From assembly GCA_965223005.1 (NCBI GenBank), contig CBDCVK010000010.1, positions 192,001 through 256,000 on the forward strand: a stretch of 64,000 bases of DNA, read 5' to 3'. Shown here piece after piece: positions 59,379-64,000 of the stretch. The stretch is from Terriglobia bacterium (GTDB taxonomy: Bacteria > Acidobacteriota > Terriglobia > JAJPHL01 > JAPKYU01). Every line of letters begins with the position of its first letter. The first letter of the stretch is position 1. A model generated the notes under the pieces. It did not search any database, was not told where the DNA came from, and saw only the letters and a program-made list of their open reading frames with translations. A program made the position numbers and the translations under genes.

Positions 59379-59614
59379 TGCGGTCTCGGCCGTAGCGGGG
59401 GGACTCCACGCTAGTTAACTTTGGCCTTCTGGCGGCTGACAATATACTACAAGATCGGGTAGCCACTCATGCGGCTGGGATAGGCAGGGGGGCAACCTGA
59501 GCTAGCGGAAATCGCAGGCGTCAACAACCGGGTGCGTCCATGATGGACCCGTCGGCACGCTCATGCAAGATCTTCGGTGACACACCGGGGTGGTGGGTAT
59601 AATCGGCGGAGATC

Positions 59615-59715
59615 ACGTCGCCGACGCGGCCGGCGGGCGTCGAGCGCAACCTCGTCATCACCTTGTGGGACTGGGGATCGGAGATCGATGGCCGCACCGA
59701 CATGGCGGCTGCTCC
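59615..59715 (+). pseudogene. Isolated gene fragment
   Basis: Reads SPTRPAGVERNLVITLWDWG, resembling a motif recalled from large secreted carboxypeptidase-regulatory-domain proteins; no intact surrounding gene. Confidence 0.35.
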
Positions 59716-60021
59716 GCCGAACGGTATCTCGGGACCGCGACACCGATTCCCTGTGCGAAGGGGCTGTCTCCGCCAGCTATTAGTAGACACAAGCCGACTC
59801 CTGAGGAACTGACCCCGTTTCTCCGGTCCTGTCTGGCCTCTGTCAGTCGGAAGCTAGGAACCTTCAGCGCACCTTGACCAAATGTCCTGTGGCTCAGATA
59901 GGAAGCCCAACAGCGCGGCTGGCGGCGTTGCCTTGCCTGCGGGTGGTGATATGATGCCCGCAGAAAGGGTATTTTGGAAAATTCGTGAGTAGTATTCATC
60001 TTCCGAGTTCAGACCACTCCT

Positions 60022-61071
60022 GTGTCGTACCGTAGGAGCAACAAGCGTTACCGCCGCAGAGAGCCTCTCTGGGCCCGCCTTTCCGACGAGGAGCTCCTTG
60101 AGCTGCGTTTCTGTGACCTCGACCTGAAGATCGAGGGTACCGAACTAGCGCCGCGGATCCAGCAGCTCTACAAGGAGCTTGAGGAGCGTGGTCTCCGCCT
60201 GTGCCCGCCCTGTTGGCTCTCGAGCGAGTGGTTCTCCCCGCATGACATCCCGGGAATCGCGATTCCCTTCTACCTAGCCCACCCTCGCCTCCGGAAATTG
60301 GAGGAACGCCAGATGAAGGACGTGGAAGGCGGCACGAGGACCTGGTGCATGCAACTCCTCCGCCACGAAGCCGGGCACTCGTACGAGGCGGCCTATCGTC
60401 TGAGCCGGCGGAAGCAATGGCGGAAGGTCTTCGGGCGTGCTTCGAAGTCGTATCCCGACTACTACAGTCCGAAGCCCTTCAGCAGAAAATTCGTCCTGCA
60501 CCTGGAGTGGTGGTACGCGCAGAGTCACCCGGTCGAGGACTTCGCGGAGACGTTCGCGGTCTGGGCGCGTCCCGGTTCCCAGTGGCGCAAGCGATACAAG
60601 GACTGGCCGGCACTGAAGAAGCTCGAGTACGTCGACGAACTCATGTCGGAGATCGCTGGGAGGCCTCCGCCGGTCAGACGGGGGTCTCCGGTGGAACCGC
60701 TCCACCGGTTGCGGCAGAAGCTGCGGGAGTACTATCAGGAGAAGCAGGAGCGCTACGGCTCGGACTATCCCGACTTCTACGACCGCGATCTAAGGTTCCT
60801 GTTCCCATCGACGCCAGATCAGCGCAAGTACCCACCTGCGTCAACCTTTCTACGCCGCATTGGGCCGGAACTTCCCCGGCGTGTCGCGTCGTGGACCGGC
60901 GAGTATGCCTACACGATCAACCTGGTCTTGAAGGACATGATCCAGCGCGCCCGCGAGCTCAACCTACGCATGTCCCGAGCGGAAAGCGAGGTCAAGCTCG
61001 AGGCCGCCATCTTGCTCACCATGCAAACGATGAACTACCTCCACAGCAGGAACCACCGCCTAGCGCTCTGA
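60022..61071 (+). CDS. Putative zinc-binding metallopeptidase (zincin, Peptidase_Mx/DUF2248-like)
   Basis: LRHEAGH (HExxH) and YAQSHPVEDFAETFA. Confidence 0.82.
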   Translation: MSYRRSNKRYRRREPLWARLSDEELLELRFCDLDLKIEGTELAPRIQQLYKELEERGLRLCPPCWLSSEWFSPHDIPGIAIPFYLAHPRLRKLEERQMKDVEGGTRTWCMQLLRHEAGHSYEAAYRLSRRKQWRKVFGRASKSYPDYYSPKPFSRKFVLHLEWWYAQSHPVEDFAETFAVWARPGSQWRKRYKDWPALKKLEYVDELMSEIAGRPPPVRRGSPVEPLHRLRQKLREYYQEKQERYGSDYPDFYDRDLRFLFPSTPDQRKYPPASTFLRRIGPELPRRVASWTGEYAYTINLVLKDMIQRARELNLRMSRAESEVKLEAAILLTMQTMNYLHSRNHRLAL

Positions 61072-61129
61072 GCGCTCGGGCCTTTCCAGCCTGGACGGGA
61101 GACGACGAACACTTGGGATTTCGAGGTGA

Positions 61130-62149
61130 ATGTTGAAGCGTCGCGTGCTGGTCCTGACCGATCAGGAATTTCGGATGCCGGAAGACCTCAACAAGGTCGA
61201 CGACAAGTGGATCGTAGACTGGAAGACGGAATACGACGTTGTCACCGTGCTTCACAAGCTCGGACACGAGACCCAGATCCTGGGCGGCGTCACGGAACTG
61301 CGGGTCTTGAGAGAACTTCTGACGAGCTGGAACCCCCACATCATCTTCAACCTGCTGGAAGAGTTCTTTGGCGAGAATCTGTATGTCACCTACCTGCTCG
61401 GCTACTTTGAGCTCATGCGCAAGCCCTTCACGGGGTGTAACGCCTCGAGCCTCCTGCTGGCGGCCAACAAGCCGCTAATGAAGAAGATCCTTGCCTACCA
61501 TCGCATCCCGATTCCCCGTTTCAGGGTCTTTCCCGTTGGAAAAAGCGTTAAGCAGCCCCGGTGGTTGTCGTTCCCGCTCATCGTGAAGTCTGCAACCGCG
61601 CATGGGTCGGAGGGAATCGCTCAGGCGTCCGTGGTCACGAGCGAGGATAAGCTAAAGGAGCGCGTGGAGTTCATTCACGCCAAGCTTCAAACCGACGCCA
61701 TGGTGGAGGAGTACATCGAGGGCCGGGAGTTCTATGTCGGTGTATTGGGCAACCACCGCCTCCGGGCCTTTCCCATCTGGGAAATCCAATTCGGAAATCT
61801 ACCGGAAGGCTCGCCGCGGATCGCAACGTCGAAGGTCAAGTGGGACCGGAAGTACCAGAAGAAACGCGACATCGAGACCGATGCCGCCAAGAATCTCCCG
61901 GCAGGGATCGAAGAGCGCATGCGCAAGCTCTGCAAGCGGGTCTACCGCATCCTCGGCCTCTGCGGTTACGCGCGCATGGACTTTCGCTTAACGGAAGATG
62001 GGAAGATCTACCTTTTAGAGCCAAACCCCAACCCTGACCTGGGCCGCGGCGAAGACTTTGCCAGGTCGGCGCAGGCGGAGGGAGTGGAGTACGAAGAACT
62101 CATCCAGCGGGTACTCAATCTGGGGCTGCGATACCAAGCCCAACGGTAA
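61130..62149 (+). CDS. D-alanine--D-alanine ligase-like ATP-grasp enzyme (non-canonical)
   Basis: IFNL.E, PFTG, K..MKK, FPLIVK, S.GI, VEEYIEGRE, GYARMDFRL, LE.NPNP; lacks the Ddl N-terminal GG.S.E motif. Confidence 0.85.
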   Translation: MLKRRVLVLTDQEFRMPEDLNKVDDKWIVDWKTEYDVVTVLHKLGHETQILGGVTELRVLRELLTSWNPHIIFNLLEEFFGENLYVTYLLGYFELMRKPFTGCNASSLLLAANKPLMKKILAYHRIPIPRFRVFPVGKSVKQPRWLSFPLIVKSATAHGSEGIAQASVVTSEDKLKERVEFIHAKLQTDAMVEEYIEGREFYVGVLGNHRLRAFPIWEIQFGNLPEGSPRIATSKVKWDRKYQKKRDIETDAAKNLPAGIEERMRKLCKRVYRILGLCGYARMDFRLTEDGKIYLLEPNPNPDLGRGEDFARSAQAEGVEYEELIQRVLNLGLRYQAQR

Positions 62150-62199
62150 AGAAACTCACCCAATCTTCACCAGGCCACTCTCTCAGCCTCCACGAGTGG

Positions 62200-62345
62200 C
62201 TACTGGTCGAGTAGTCGGCTTACCTGGTAGTTGTTTACTAAGGGAGGGCCAAGCTTGATTCCAAGGTAGACGAGGACCCCAAACAGCGCGACTGCAAGCA
62301 GGGCCTTGAAGCTGATCATTCCAGATTGCCTGATTGACCCCTCGG
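62200..62345 (-). pseudogene. Truncated pilin-like (DUF4845-like) N-terminus
   Basis: RQSGMISFKALLAVALFGVLVYLGIKLGPPLVNNYQV followed by an early stop. Confidence 0.45.
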
Positions 62346-62885
62346 TCGCGCACTCATGCTCACCGCTGGAGGGATTTTGACATCGGTGCCAACTCGGGTC
62401 GAGTGCGCGCAAGAAAGCGGGAGTCCCAACCTGATCCCCTTAGGATTACCCCTTGATACGGCTGCAAGAAGCTAAGCCGTACTTCTAACGCCAGCCTCCG
62501 CATGTGATTTCCACTAAGTGTGCCGAATTCAGTGAGGTTTGATTCAGGACGGTCTCGAAGCAACAGATTCAGCATTCGCTTGTCTCGAGCACTCAGCTTA
62601 AAGAAGTGACTTGGATGTAACCAAATCCATGGCCCTGCTTGCCTGTTTCGCAGCGTGTAACTATGCTGCCTCAACGACGGGCTCCTGACCCGAGCGGAGA
62701 GGAGAAAGAACTTGGGGTATAACGACGGAAATTTTAGCAACGCAGCGTCGGACATTTTGTCGGGCTCCTGGGCTGTGTCGCTTGATCCCACATGAGGGTA
62801 GAAGCGTGCTGAGTAAGTTGTCCTCCGGCAGAGACGCGAGCTTTTCCGATCCAGGCGTGTCTGAATTCTGAAAGGGGAGAAAAAC

Positions 62886-63059
62886 ATGAGCGAACTTCTA
62901 AGGCGCTTGTGGCATGAGGAGGAAGGTCAGGACCTGGTCGAATACGGCCTGTTGGTAGTCCTGGTCGCCCTTGGGGCCGTTGCTGGGATGAGCTTCCTCG
63001 CCACCGCCATCAACAGTGTGTTCTCCAACGCCGGAAGCACCCTGACCACTCCGACCTAG
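62886..63059 (+). CDS. flp: Flp family type IV pilin (57 aa, below the ORF-track cutoff)
   Basis: MSELLRRLWHEEEG/QDLVEYGLLVVLVALGAVAGM...; G-x4-EY Flp motif; GGGGAG RBS. Confidence 0.92.
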   Translation: MSELLRRLWHEEEGQDLVEYGLLVVLVALGAVAGMSFLATAINSVFSNAGSTLTTPT

Positions 63060-63174
63060 GTTGCCAGAGAAGACCGAGTAAGCTCTATCGCGCTGACTTG
63101 CCGGTCAACCTGCGAGTCAAGGCTACAGCCACTTCCACTTCGCCAAGCTTTTCCCGCCTCGAGTGCTAGCAAGA

Positions 63175-63292
63175 TACCGCCTTGTCACCAGCAATGCCGG
63201 ATAGGTCCCCGCAAACGGGTTAGCGTTTATCAATCCCGGTTTCAGTTGGGCGGATAGTCGGCTTCCCGGAAAGTACTCCAGCGCCTTGCGGC
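63175..63292 (+). repeat. 118-bp dispersed repeat, copy 2
   Basis: Matches 57970-58087 in the same orientation. Confidence 0.9.
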
Positions 63293-63512
63293 TCCTCCTC
63301 TGACGTCGGCGCTACCGCGCGAAGAAGCGCGTGAGTTGCTGGTTGCCATCGTCCTAGTCGAGATGGACTCCAGTTCCATCCTTGCCCGCAAGCCATATTC
63401 CGAGAAACGCAAAAGGCAAGGGTCCAACCGTGCGGAAATCCTTGGACTGCTCGTACCTTGCCGTGAGCCTCGGGGTTGCTTTTTATTGGCGCGTGAAGGA
63501 TGATGCGCTCGC

Positions 63513-64000
63513 ATGAAGCTTTCCCTGTCGCTGGAAATGATTTTTGCGGGGGAGCCGTACGTCCAGCGCGTGGCCCGGGCTGCCTTACTGGGCTTCCAGG
63601 GAGTGGAATTCTGGCACACCGAGGACAAGAACCTCGACGAAATAAAGGAAGCCGCCACCGCAGCGGGTTTGGAGATTGCGACTTTCACCGCGAACCACCG
63701 AGCGTCCTTGGTGGACGAACGCGAGAGGGAAGCGTTGTTGACCGAGGTAGGCGATGCGCTGGAGATCGAGAGGCACCTGGAGTGCGGTGGACTGATGTTG
63801 CAGACCGATGTCCTACATCCGGACGGAAGCTCGGCTGCGGATGAGCGAATTCCCCCTGCGGCCCGGAAGGCCAGCACAGTCGCCGGGTTGAGAGCGCTGG
63901 CGCCGCTGGCAGAACGGGCCGGCTGTGCCCTGTGGCTGGAGCCACTCAACACTCGCCGCGATCACCCGCGAAATTCCCTCTCAAGTACCGAGGAGGCCCT
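63513..64000 (+). CDS. Hyi-like TIM-barrel isomerase, 3'-partial
   Basis: MKLSLSLEMIF...GFQGVEFW...LEPLNT..DHP; runs off the window end. Confidence 0.8.
   Translation, partial: MKLSLSLEMIFAGEPYVQRVARAALLGFQGVEFWHTEDKNLDEIKEAATAAGLEIATFTANHRASLVDEREREALLTEVGDALEIERHLECGGLMLQTDVLHPDGSSAADERIPPAARKASTVAGLRALAPLAERAGCALWLEPLNTRRDHPRNSLSSTEEA

Noticed and set aside
61130-62149. Assigning the gene symbol ddl
   Set aside because: The canonical N-terminal motif is missing and there is no cell-wall gene context.
62780-62880. c-di-GMP riboswitch upstream of flp
   Set aside because: Only a weak GACGC resemblance; the GGCAAA and GNRA tetraloop/receptor elements are missing.

Overview
GC-rich bacterial chromosome segment, most likely Acidobacteriota (inferred from gene content such as the TonB-receptor type and ccsA-hemA-hemC, not from a database search). 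Housekeeping genes: GldA/F/G-DUF4340 ABC module, acyP, apt, ccsA-hemA-hemC, gyrB-gyrA, SurA-like PPIase, typA, mqnP-mqnE, copA, lolA and a Cpx-like two-component system. RNA genes: a 16S-less rRNA locus (tRNA-Ala, tRNA-Ile, 23S, 5S, with a separate promoter-like element before the 23S), tRNA-Ser and tRNA-Lys. Accessory material: a sigma54 activator module with visible enhancer-like sites, several decaying genes (PKD/OmpA frameshift, WD40, TPR, a chimeric opine-dehydrogenase/PP2C ORF), and a patchwork region after tRNA-Lys. In that region two 118-bp direct repeats bracket a sialidase-like gene, a zincin peptidase plus non-canonical D-Ala-D-Ala-ligase-like ATP-grasp pair, and an orphan Flp pilin. 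Best leads for something undescribed: the peptidase/ATP-grasp pair, the 118-bp repeat, an unannotated 39-aa ORF, and periodic inverted-repeat elements. No CRISPR array, reverse transcriptase, integrase or transposase is visible. All family assignments are by motif recognition only.
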